From Coniocarpon cinnabarinum (taxonomy: Eukaryota), in assembly GCA_051942205.1 (NCBI GenBank), contig JAVECO010000151.1:1-58422 (forward strand): a stretch of DNA of 58,422 nt, in the 5' to 3' direction. Position 1 is the first letter of the stretch; each line of letters opens with the position of its first letter. This document shows, piece by piece, positions 48,866-58,422 of this stretch. The notes under the pieces are model-generated. The model was not told the DNA's origin. It did not search any database and saw only the letters and a program-made list of their open reading frames with translations. The translations under genes and the position numbers were made by a program.

Positions 48866-49202
48866 TTGCGCTCTTTGCAGACAAACTACCTATGCATTCT
48901 GTAGTACAAAGGCGCGCATGCGTCTTCCGAAGAAATGAAAGCGGCTTCTAGAAAGTAAGTCTAGTCTCTTGGCTTAGCACACGTGCACGAAGAATGAGTT
49001 CAAGCTTGGTCATTTATGCTTTAATCTGTATTCTTTTTGAAAGTCATAGCCTACGACACCGCCAGCATTCCGTAGTTGGAGGACCTAGATATACACGAGC
49101 ATTGGATACACTCTTCCAATAGCTCCCTGACGCCTCGCCAAACATCATATCATTGACAATCGTTGCTTCGCTCAAGTGTGATATAAACGCCCTTACATGC
49201 CT

Positions 49203-50781
49203 TCAGTAATCAAATCCGTCCTTGACGTAGCCGTGATAGCCATCGCCGCCAAACGCGCGCTCGTTTTCCTGATTCCAGTCTGGCCGTTTCTCTAGATACT
49301 CACCGCCCAAGAATTGACGGATGCACGTATCTGCAGGCTTCTTTTGTGGCGACTCGAGAGGAACAAGCTTGTAGAAGTTTTCGTCAAGATTTGTTGGTTC
49401 ACAGTCGCATCGGTCAGATGCGTTTGGCGGACAGTGGCTGTTCACTGTTAGCACACCTATTGTTGAAAAGACCAAGAGGAAATTACACATACCGATTGAT
49501 GTCATGCTGGTAGCCAATGTCTTTGAAGTACCATATCTCTCGTTTTGGCACAAACATGGCTACGCTCAATGTATGAATCGGGGCATCGCCAAATCGTTCA
49601 TAGTAAAATCCACCGCCTCGGTCCAGCCATCTGAAGTATTTCTCATTGGCCTCACCTCTGAAGAAACGCAAGTCGCCTACCTCAAAATTCGAGAAAAATT
49701 GACAGTTGTTGTAGTCTCCGCCGTTGAATGGGTCCAGCAGCCAGTCAAGATCCGCCTCGGGATGGACTAGGTCGGGATGCGCGTTGATGAAGCTCATCGT
49801 TCTCGACCAAAGACTTGGAAAGGACCGCGCGTCATCGAGGATATTCATTGTAAAGCCGTACTTGATTTTGTTGTCCCGAACAAAGCGGAACACGTCATAA
49901 TTGATATCACACATAAAGTGTACGTCAGGCTCGACCCGCCAGTAGAAGTCGAATTCCATCAATCTAGGATGTTTGTAGAAGAAGCCCGAATTCCAGCGAC
50001 ACATGTGCCTGTACGATATCATCCAACCTTTTCCAACGCCTATTGCGCCGAGGTACTCAAGTGAGTTCATAAAGCGGCCTTCGTCAACCCAATCCGGTAG
50101 ACTCCAGTGATCATCAGGCACGACTTCGTAATAACACCGTGCCGACGTCAGGTTTTGCGTCGCCGCTTTGAACTCGTCGTTGAAAGGCTCGTCATTGAAG
50201 AAAATCCAAGGGTAATGGTATTTGTGATTCCAGCGGCGCTCTAATTGGCTCATGCTTTGGATAATGCCATCCAGCTCTTGATTGCGCACCAGTGAGATCA
50301 GCGCTGCCTTCGGCTTGCTGCTTTGCATGAGTTTGGTGAATCCCGGTCCAGTAACAGCATGTCTGTTGTTTCCATTTTCCTCAAGCCATTTGTCGGGATC
50401 CGCGTACATGTCATGTTGCGCGCCACTGCCGCTGGCTGCAACGGAGTCTGGCGTTGTGCCTAATCCGACCGCTGCTGGAACTTTGGAACCCCAGCGACTG
50501 GGCGGTGGGGTGATAAGAACAAACAACGCTGTCGCCAACACCAAGATGACCGCCAATGATCGTCTGCTCTGCCATATCCGAGTCTTAGACGCGAGATATC
50601 TTGAAAGGCTAGAGCGTTGTAGGGGAGGAGCTTGGTCGTAGAGCGCACCGCCGCCGTTGGCAGCTCGCCATTGGGGAGTGGAAGTGTCATATGGCGAAGG
50701 CGTCGCCGGCCCAGGGGTACTGGGAGCGCTTCCTGGAGGCGAAAGGGTCTCTGGAGAGGCCAAGGTAAACTTGGAGGGCAT
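49203..50781 (-). CDS. Alpha-1,2-mannosyltransferase, glycosyltransferase family 15 (KRE2/MNT1/KTR); exons 50781-49493, 49437-49203
   Basis: Type II TM anchor, AALISLVRNQEL, YPWIFFNDEPF, SYRHMCRWNSGFFYKHP, FYWRVEPDV, GGFYYERFGDAPIH. Confidence 0.93.
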
Positions 50782-51624
50782 GTCTCAAGGCTGCGTTTGT
50801 AGGGGGCGCTATTGGGGTTCCATTGGGGCGAGGCAAGTCTGACGCAGACAGGTTCTTCCTGGCTTCGGACAATCCCTCAAAGTGGATTCAAAGCTCCGGT
50901 CTTACTGTGAGACAGAGAAATGCAAGGATACGCCAGCAAAACTTCGAGATCGTACAGGGCGGACAAGATGAAAGGTGGGCGACCAGCGGGTTTGAAACGT
51001 TGAACACTCGAATTTCCGTCGCCGAGGCTGGCCATTGGGCAGAGCGCGCCAGATCCTCACCAGCCACCGCTATACCCCATCTGCACAAGGTGTCTAAGCC
51101 ACACGGGCAAAGTCGCAGCTTCATTTCTGCCTTGGTGCCTTACTCTCCCAGCCCTGTCGTGTCACCGCGGCGTGTCTCGTGATCTTCGTGACCAGAGCGC
51201 TGGGAAAGGACGAGGCTGTCTCAAGCGCGTTCATGGGGGTACGTATTTCACCAGTGAGTCTTGTCTCTGCATTGCCCCCCGTCATCCCCGGCACCCACTG
51301 TAAGGTACTTGCTGCATGCATGCTGCGTCGCCTCGAGCGAGTATTTCAAATACCACTCACATCCTCGGAGAATTTTGTACATCAATCACTTGTGATGATC
51401 TCGCAGCTGTCGCCTCCTCCACCACTGGCTGCAGTACAACGTCAATCACGCGCGCGTTCAGCCTTTCGCTTCAGCTTCCAGGAATAGCGAATGCGTGTTC
51501 AGCTGTTGTTGACGTTTTGCAAGCTCACCGTAGTGAGCTTGCTCTCACTCCTGGCATTGCTTACGCCTTGCGCGTCGAGAGAAGGATACATGGTTTCGAT
51601 CACGTCTCACTACAACGGCTTCAA

Positions 51625-52890
51625 CTAGTCAGATTTGCCGTCGTCGTCTTTGATGTCTTCCTCTTTTCTCTCCAGCCGAACGGTTGTAAGAGCTGAGCAC
51701 AACCTGGCCATTTGGACAGGATCCTTCTCCACTCCTTGCCACAAAGCTTGAACGTCCTTGCCAACTCCAAGTTCCTCGGCGGTACCAAAGCTTCTCGGGT
51801 CCACATACGGAGCCATGCACGGCCAGACGGCTTGGACTGTGTCGTTGAAGACATTGACACCGACCTGAATTCACAAACGTCAATGCATGAGCCTATCTTG
51901 CAGTTGTAGCAAAACGCCACGAGGAAGGTAGCCTCGCCAGAGTGCAGTGAAGACATGTCCAATTAGTCAACCCGCTGAGGAGATGATGGTCGATGCTCTT
52001 ACCTCTCCTAATCCCTTGACTTCTTTGATCAGCTCCCGAACTTTGTGAGGATCGTCGACCGCAGCCGCCCGAAGCTTGTTCAAATCGCCATCGTACTTGG
52101 ATGAGACCAGATCTGCTAGCTCTCCAAGCCCTGTAGCTGTTTTCTCACGATAGCGTGTGTAGCCTATTGGCGAGTGTCAGCTTGACTATTTCCCTTTTCC
52201 CAAAAGTCTACAAAGCGAGACAAGGCACGAGCTCCTTGCAGATGGAAGGCGGCAATGAGCCGGGAAAGCTTCCCGACAGATATTCCACAAGTTGATGGGA
52301 ACTGTTATTCTCTGCTTGCGTCCGACGCCTAGCGCCGCAAGTAAAACTGCGGTTTCCGGAGCTTTTAAGGACCGTCAGATGATTCAATGTTACTTACCGC
52401 CTTTGGTCAGAACATCGGTACGTTCTTCCCAGCTGCTTGCTTTCAGTGTATCAATATGATGATAATTTGCTTCAATCAAACACTTCACGGTCTTCGTTGC
52501 CAGAGCATGTGATATGCGGGCTGATGTAAGCATAGCGTTGAGCAAGTGCGCAAGAACTGTCGGGGCGGTAGGCTCTCCAGGCTTGTCGAGGCCAAAGCCT
52601 GAGAGCGGAAGTGACCCATGTTCCTGCAGGAGCTTCTCAAGTTTTTGTTGGTTCAACTCTCCCCTAGTCGCGGTTTCTTGCTTTGCAGCTTTGGCTGGCG
52701 GCTCTTGGACAGAACCGTCTTGGGGGACGACCTCTGAGACATCTTGGGCGTCTGTCTCACTGTTAGAGGCTCCCCCCTTGTCTTTGGTCGGTTGCTTGCG
52801 TTTGGAGCCACCTGGTTTGGTGGAAACGCTGTTTTCCTTGAGCCCCTTGTCTCCATCGGAGGCCTGTGTACTCGACCGTGTTTGAGGCAT
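51625..52890 (-). CDS. Conserved hypothetical protein with helix-hairpin-helix (HhH-GPD-like) similarity; exons 52890-52398, 52163-52003, 51864-51625
   Basis: Spliced AMLTSARISHALA, SWEERTDVLTKGG|YTRYREKTATGLG, YDGDL, VKGLGE|VGVNVF, VWPCMAPYVDPRS. The KGLG motif is HhH-like. Confidence 0.75.
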
Positions 52891-53441
52891 TTCGATTCTG
52901 TAATGGCACGCGTAGATGTTCTGCTTACGAAGGACTAGAAGTATGTGTCATTTGGACTTGTCCAGAAAGTAGTTCAGGTACCTCTGCTACCTCAAGATGT
53001 GCAGACACCATCTGACGTCACACAGCCTGTCGCGGATCCGGATGCTCCAACGGTTGATGCAAACACGCAGTAGCGGCACTCAAATCTGAAACGCTGCCGC
53101 ATTGAAGCCGGATAGGAATGGGAACGAGCGTGGTATGCTATCGTAAAGCATGACGGTCAGCCTGTTGTGCCTCCTGACCCGCCATAATCCGCGCGATGTG
53201 AAGCAATGGTTGCTTTCGTGTCACGCTCTTGAAGCAAAACGAGCCAAGTACTGCATTTCGTGGTGGGTATTAATTGACACAATCGCCTGTCAAGAATTTC
53301 TCCCTATGCAAGCAACATGCTCATTGTGGGTAGTCCCAGAGCATAAGTTGAAGTTGATTGTGGTCTTAGGCAAATTCGCGGGTAAAGAGTATCTGATCCT
53401 GTAAACATGCATCTGTTCAGCTCGGCCGTGATAATGCTGAT

Positions 53442-55154
53442 TTATTCTTGCATGTTTACATCTGCTCCATCGTCGTTTGCATCGAAGACACCATTGCCCC
53501 AAAAGCCTTCAAGCTTGAACTCCTCAGCCCACGTGTTCACTATCTTCTTTTCCTCGTCTTGTGCTTCTGTTGGGGAGGTCTCATCGTGCTTTTCAGCTTC
53601 ATCAGGCTTTGATAATGACGAAGGCGCATCTATCCAACCCCCTTTGATCCGACCGGCCCACCAGTCACTCAGCACTGCCCTGGCCGCTGCAGAAAGATTG
53701 GGGACCCCGCCTTTTCCAAGGCGACCACGTGCTCGAGCTACTGCAATCAGAAAATGATTTGTGCGATCTGGGGAGGACAAAGAGAGAGCAGGAATTTGAT
53801 ATGCTGCGAGCAACGATGATGATAGGGTAGTGGATGAAAGGTTGTTCAGACACGCACGAGAGAGCAGCAGGTCAACGGCAGGCATCGGATCTACCGTGTC
53901 ATGGTTGGGCAGCGCATTCAGTAACGTCAGGCGCGCAGTCTTTTCCATTTCTTTGTGTGTGCGTGAAGGTGTTGATCCTGTCGTAGTGTTTGGTGGTGCA
54001 TCAAATGGGAAGACAATTCCTGGTGCGTCCAAGAGCCGAAGTTTTGAATCCAACTTGATGCTTCGGATGGCTGTTGTGACCCCTGCTTCAGCGCCAACTG
54101 GGGCGGCTGTCTTGTTGCGCTTGTTCGCGTGTTGATGCGATGTTGAAAGGAGCGAATTGATGATGGTCGATTTGCCGGTGTTTGGATGGCCAAGAATACC
54201 GACGGTCAGGCCGGCAGGTTTGGGATTACTTGAATCCAGGTTGGTCGATGAACGAGCTGTCAATGCGTGAAGCAGTGCAGCAATGGTATTTTGCGGCGTG
54301 AATCTCGCTTTAGCATGTTCTTTGGCGAAATCTGCTGATTGCATTGCTGGAGATAGGACCGGCAGTGTGGGGAAAGAGCGTCGAAGATGTCTCAACCAGG
54401 CGAAGAGCGTCGCAGGAGGGACAAGATCAATCTTGTTGAGGATTAAGAACAGGCGCTTTGAAGGATTCGAGGTAATCTGCTGCTCAATCTTAAGAGAGCG
54501 GGTAGTGATGGGGTCCCGTGCGTCAAGGATGTACAGTAAGACGTCGGATGAGGAAAGGAGAGTGTTGAAGGCCATTGTGTGAGACTGAGATGATGATGCA
54601 CCAGTCAATCGTTCTTTAGTGGTCGTGCGTTCAGCGGTTGAAGAATTTGCTTCGAAACCAGCCCATGAGTCGGAAGAAACGTCCGAAAGATCACCCTCTG
54701 GATCTGCATTCGGTGCGAATTCTTGAGCGCGCTGTCGAGCAGATGCTAGCAGAGCAGCTATGGGATTCGCAGCGTTCTCACTGTCGTTTGCGGGTTCCAT
54801 ATCGTCATCAGAGAGCGCTTCATAGTCTAAAAGCTCCTCGTCTTCGCCATCGCCATCACCCTGCTCCTCGTTTGATATCGTGTCTTTCACCCCTTCTCTT
54901 CGCGCTCGAGCTTCCTCGCGTCGCCGGCGCTGGTCTTCTTCCTTCCTCATTTTGCCTTGTTCGATTTCATTCAGCATTCTCTCTTTGTACGGGAAGAGGT
55001 TGGGAATCCCCGGGTCTTTTTTTAACCTGCTTCGCCATTGCGGGTTTTTCTTTGCTTCTCTACGTTCCTTACGCTTTTTCGCTGTAGACGCTTTCTCTAT
55101 CTTGTGACGCAGACGCACAGGTGTGCGCTTTGATTTGGGCTTGCCAACCTTCAT
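53442..55154 (-). CDS. NUG1: Nucleolar circularly permuted GTPase Nug1/GNL3, intronless
   Basis: KVGKPKSKRTPVRLRHKIEK...KKDPGIPNLFPYKE, ILDARDP, G4 NKID before G1 GHPNTGKS, G2 GVTT, G3 DAPG, ARARGRLGKGGVP. Confidence 0.93.
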   Translation of the reverse strand: MKVGKPKSKRTPVRLRHKIEKASTAKKRKERREAKKNPQWRSRLKKDPGIPNLFPYKERMLNEIEQGKMRKEEDQRRRREEARARREGVKDTISNEEQGDGDGEDEELLDYEALSDDDMEPANDSENAANPIAALLASARQRAQEFAPNADPEGDLSDVSSDSWAGFEANSSTAERTTTKERLTGASSSQSHTMAFNTLLSSSDVLLYILDARDPITTRSLKIEQQITSNPSKRLFLILNKIDLVPPATLFAWLRHLRRSFPTLPVLSPAMQSADFAKEHAKARFTPQNTIAALLHALTARSSTNLDSSNPKPAGLTVGILGHPNTGKSTIINSLLSTSHQHANKRNKTAAPVGAEAGVTTAIRSIKLDSKLRLLDAPGIVFPFDAPPNTTTGSTPSRTHKEMEKTARLTLLNALPNHDTVDPMPAVDLLLSRACLNNLSSTTLSSSLLAAYQIPALSLSSPDRTNHFLIAVARARGRLGKGGVPNLSAAARAVLSDWWAGRIKGGWIDAPSSLSKPDEAEKHDETSPTEAQDEEKKIVNTWAEEFKLEGFWGNGVFDANDDGADVNMQE

Positions 55155-55634
55155 GATTTTGTTTGGATCACTAATTATTTTACAACAACAACCTCAGAGT
55201 CAGTGAAAATAATTTATCGCGCCTCGGGAAAAACTTCCCTGTGCAACTTCGGGGCGGCATATGCGGAAGCCCGATCAGGAAATTTACTGAGTCTAAGGGT
55301 GAAACCAAGCTCTTTGGGCAGATTTCATAACTCGCAATTTAATACAGGTTCAACGTTGCGAAGTCCAGATTAAACCTAGGGAAGACCACAAATCATCCAT
55401 GAGTACAGAAGCTGCGAAGCCTTGAGGGCAACTCCCTGGTCTCAAAGGTTGAGTAATCAAAGTCACTTGCTATGACTAAACTTTCGGGTTTTAGTATACC
55501 CTAATTCTCACAGCGCACTTTGACTCGATCCAAGAGGCGTCCAGCGCGGACTCACCAAAACGTATGAGTTTTGACTATTGCTACGTCAAGCATTGCCCGA
55601 TCTCTACCGGCACTACTCCTTGCCGGTGCGCGTG

Positions 55635-56610
55635 ATGAGTGTGCAGGCGGACTTCTCGGCTCCTGCCGCCAACATCACCGTCAATGGACTACTTTTCGAC
55701 ATGGACGGAACGATTATCGACAGTACACCTGCCATCATCAAGCATTGGCAAAAGTATGTGCTGGCAGGGTGCTATTCTTGGACGCTTCGTGGCTGAGCTG
55801 TTGCCACCAGACTAGCAAAGCAGCTTCATGTCGATCCTGAGGAGATCTTACACTCAAGTCATGGTCGAAGGTCTATCGACACGTTAGCGCTGTATGACAA
55901 GTCCTTAGCGAACTGGGAATGTAAGTCGATATTGGCGCTGCTTTCGTCGGTCTGGTTGATTTGATTTATCTCCAACATCTCAGACGTTAGCCACGTCGAA
56001 GGCCAGATCCCAAAAGAGTATGGGCAAGACGCAAAAGAGGTCCCCGGGGCACGTGCGCTCCTCGAATCGCTGGACAAGAAGGGAGTGCCGTGGGCTATCG
56101 TCACGTCTGGGACAAGACCCTTGATCCAAGGCTGGGTAAGTTTGCACTAGCATCATGCCTGAGAGAAGCATTCGAAGCTTTCGAATCGGTTCATCTTCGC
56201 AAGTATCGATTAAGATGTCGAAGAGTGAACCGCATTCCTCGACCGACGTGCCACCGCGCTGACATGGGGTCTAGCTCGACGTCATCAAGCTTCCTTTTCC
56301 ACAGAATCTCGTCGTTGCAGAAGATGTCGAGCAGGGCAAGCCCGATCCTCAATGCTACCTCCTCGGTCACAGGAAGCTAGACATGGAACCAGATTCCAGA
56401 ATGCTGGTGCTGGAAGATGCACCGAGCGGCGTAAAGGCAGGGAAGGCCGCTGGATTTACGGTAGTGGCCCTGGCGACAACACATGACACTGCTCGGCTAC
56501 GAGAGGCGGGTGCGGACTGGATTGTGCGCGACATGGAGAGCGTCCAACTGCAGGAGTGGAACGGAGCAAGGGCGCAAGCAACAGTCCAAATCAGCCAGGC
56601 GCTACGATGA
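55635..56610 (+). CDS. GPP1: HAD-superfamily glycerol-3-phosphate phosphatase / DOG-like; exons 55635-55753, 55811-55920, 55984-56135, 56275-56610
   Basis: Motif I LLFDMDGTIIDST, SHGRRSID, WAIVTSGT, GKPDPQCY, VLEDAPSGVKAGKAAG. Three canonical introns join in frame. Confidence 0.88.
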
Positions 56611-56729
56611 GGTGGGCCAGCGAGCTGCAAGATCCTCCAGAGATGTGCAAGGAAGCGTGGGAGTGGGAGGGACGAAGTCGGGGAGAGCCGAGCAGCGCGG
56701 GTGGGTGTCTAGGTACTAGGTAGGTATGT

Positions 56730-56759
56730 GTGGGAGCAAGTGGGAGCAAGTGGGAGCTA
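56730..56759. repeat. 10-bp tandem repeat (GTGGGAGCAA) x3
   Basis: gtgggagcaagtgggagcaagtgggagcta read directly. Confidence 0.7.
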
Positions 56760-58055
56760 GAGAAGCGTGCGAAGGGTACATTACTGGAGTCGCATCGAAA
56801 GGGTCTGACATCGTGGCATGCGCTCCCCAGTGCCCGTGTAGCGGGAGCAGTCGTGTGACAAGGCGTCGTTGTACCACGCCCAACGTCGTCATTCTGGCGG
56901 TATGCGGTCGACGCTGCCGTACCTGGAAATAGCAGCACGACGAGCTTCCACCTCCTCCACTGATTTGCTCGCGGGCTCGCGACGCTCCCCCCTCTGCACC
57001 TGCCTCGACGATGGCAAGCTCACCGTCTATCAATAAAAGCCGATGCCAGCATGCTCGAGGCCTGAGCGTGCTGAGATCATCGCAACGGCGCCGCAGCGCT
57101 CTGCCCCGTACATGCTCCATATGCCCAGGGTGCCAGGGCAGCGACAGAGCGTGGGCCGTTTAAGCTTTCCAGGTTAGCCGGGAGCTGCGCGTGTGGAGAG
57201 AAGGAGAGAGAGAGAGCGAGAGATCGGGGCTAGCAGAGCGCACCGAGCAGACCTTGCAGGCAGGACGTGGACGTGGGACCCAGTCATCATCCCATCTTCC
57301 ATCTCCCATCTCCCTCCCGGCCCACGATGACGAACATGACCAGCACCCTTCACGTGCCCCGGCCGGCGGGTGCCTGCATGGACGTGTTGATTTGTTGGAG
57401 CCGACAGCGCGGCGCCGTAGTAAAAAGACGCCAATGACGCGCCCGCGATGCCGCGGAACTGGACCTCGCAGAGCTCCCAAACCACCACACCTGCATCCGC
57501 CTGCAGCAGCGCATGTACGTCGCTCGCGAGCAGAGGTAACCTTGCACAAGTACCTTGATTCGTGTGTGGCGAAGCAAGATCTGGCCGCGTGCTGGCGATG
57601 CCGGCACGCGAGTACGGGCTGATGGAAGGACAAGGATGTGGCCACTCAGCACTGTCGGGCGGCGGCACGCGGGCGCCTCGTCGACTCGCGCGAGAGTGCG
57701 GCTCGAGGGGAGGAGTAGGAACAGCAGCAGCAGCAGAGGGAGCTGTCTTCGCTCTGCACAGGATGCGCCCAATCTACACGCACCCACGCAGGCGCAGAGT
57801 TTGCCGTCGACGTCGCTTGTCGAGAGCGGAGCAGCAGCGGATGTCTCAAAAGGGCGTGAAGACGTTGGCGGCGGCGGCGAGGAAGAGAGGCGAGCGACGG
57901 AGAATTGAGGTGAGGACGAGCGACGATCACGAACGCAGCAGCAGAGCGGGCCAATGGCAGCGACACCGGCGCCGAGGGCAGCGAGAGGTCGTGAGGTGCC
58001 CCTGCAGGGAGAGACGCGCGCGAGTCACGGCCGGCAGCCAGAAGAAGTCGCTGAC

Positions 58056-58109
58056 GGTGGTGGTGATGCTGGTGCTGCTGGTGTTGCTGGTGTTGTTGCT
58101 GGTGCTGCT
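58056..58109. repeat. Imperfect (GTG/CTG/TTG)n trinucleotide repeat
   Basis: ggtggtggtgatgctggtgctgctggtgttgctggtgttgttgctggtgctgct in a GC-rich stretch with no convincing gene. Confidence 0.6.
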
Positions 58110-58422
58110 ATATTATGATCCCATCGCTCGTGCTTGGCGCTGCTCGCCGTCACCCCCCGCGCCCTCACACGCCGCCGCCCGTGCCAGCCTTGCGAGTCGT
58201 CGGACTGTGGAGACTCGCGGGGGGCAGCTGGGCATCGTCCCAGTCCTCGTCCAACCTAAGTACCTCTGTATGTAGCTATGTATCTGGACTGCGCAGAGAG
58301 TTGCCAGGGACCAGGCACGCCGCGAGCAGCGCCAGTGTCGCCGGCGCCAGCTCATGACAGACACCGGGCGAGGTACCGTCTTGCTACAAACCCTCGCCCG
58401 ATCGCTATCGACTAGCCCACCC

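Noticed and set aside
56700..58422. GC-rich ORFs up to 237 aa (e.g. 57562-58275 with a poly-Leu/Val stretch)
   Set aside because: The ORFs are open in several overlapping frames because of high GC content and simple repeats, and the hydrophobic stretch comes from a trinucleotide repeat. Probably regulatory or UTR sequence of a neighbouring gene.

Overview
Gene-dense, intron-containing eukaryotic DNA from a filamentous ascomycete (Pezizomycotina). This is inferred from ~50-nt introns with GTRNGT donors, CTRAC branch points and YAG acceptors; the exact taxon cannot be determined from the sequence. About 23 protein genes could be reconstructed by hand, mostly housekeeping: TRM11, a HIT hydrolase, SIR2/HST1, ARF1, a Zap1/ZafA-like C2H2 factor, PRP5, a mitochondrial HMG-box protein, a CorA-like membrane protein, HIR1, RPL1, a 7-exon uncharacterised gene, OLA1/YchF, a VPS9-ankyrin-PX protein, RPP40, MON2, MMS2, an F-box-like gene, PUF6, a GT15 mannosyltransferase, an HhH-like hypothetical protein, NUG1 and a GPP1-like HAD phosphatase. 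There is also an intron-containing tRNA-Trp(CCA). No transposon or secondary-metabolite cluster was recognised. The most interesting signals are at the RNA level: (1) MMS2 needs a non-canonical first intron, best read as a 49-nt AT-AC intron with U2-type signals; (2) a candidate box C/D snoRNA in the long OLA1 intron with complementarity to 25S rRNA next to the A-loop; (3) an AUG-less, presequence-like in-frame extension upstream of OLA1; (4) RPP40 and MON2 coding sequences overlapping tail-to-tail by 97 nt; (5) further odd splice sites (a GC donor, a GAG acceptor, an AG|GT junction inside a 313-nt intron) and a PRP5 apparently lacking its N-terminal RS domain. Gene models are manual predictions and no database search was run.
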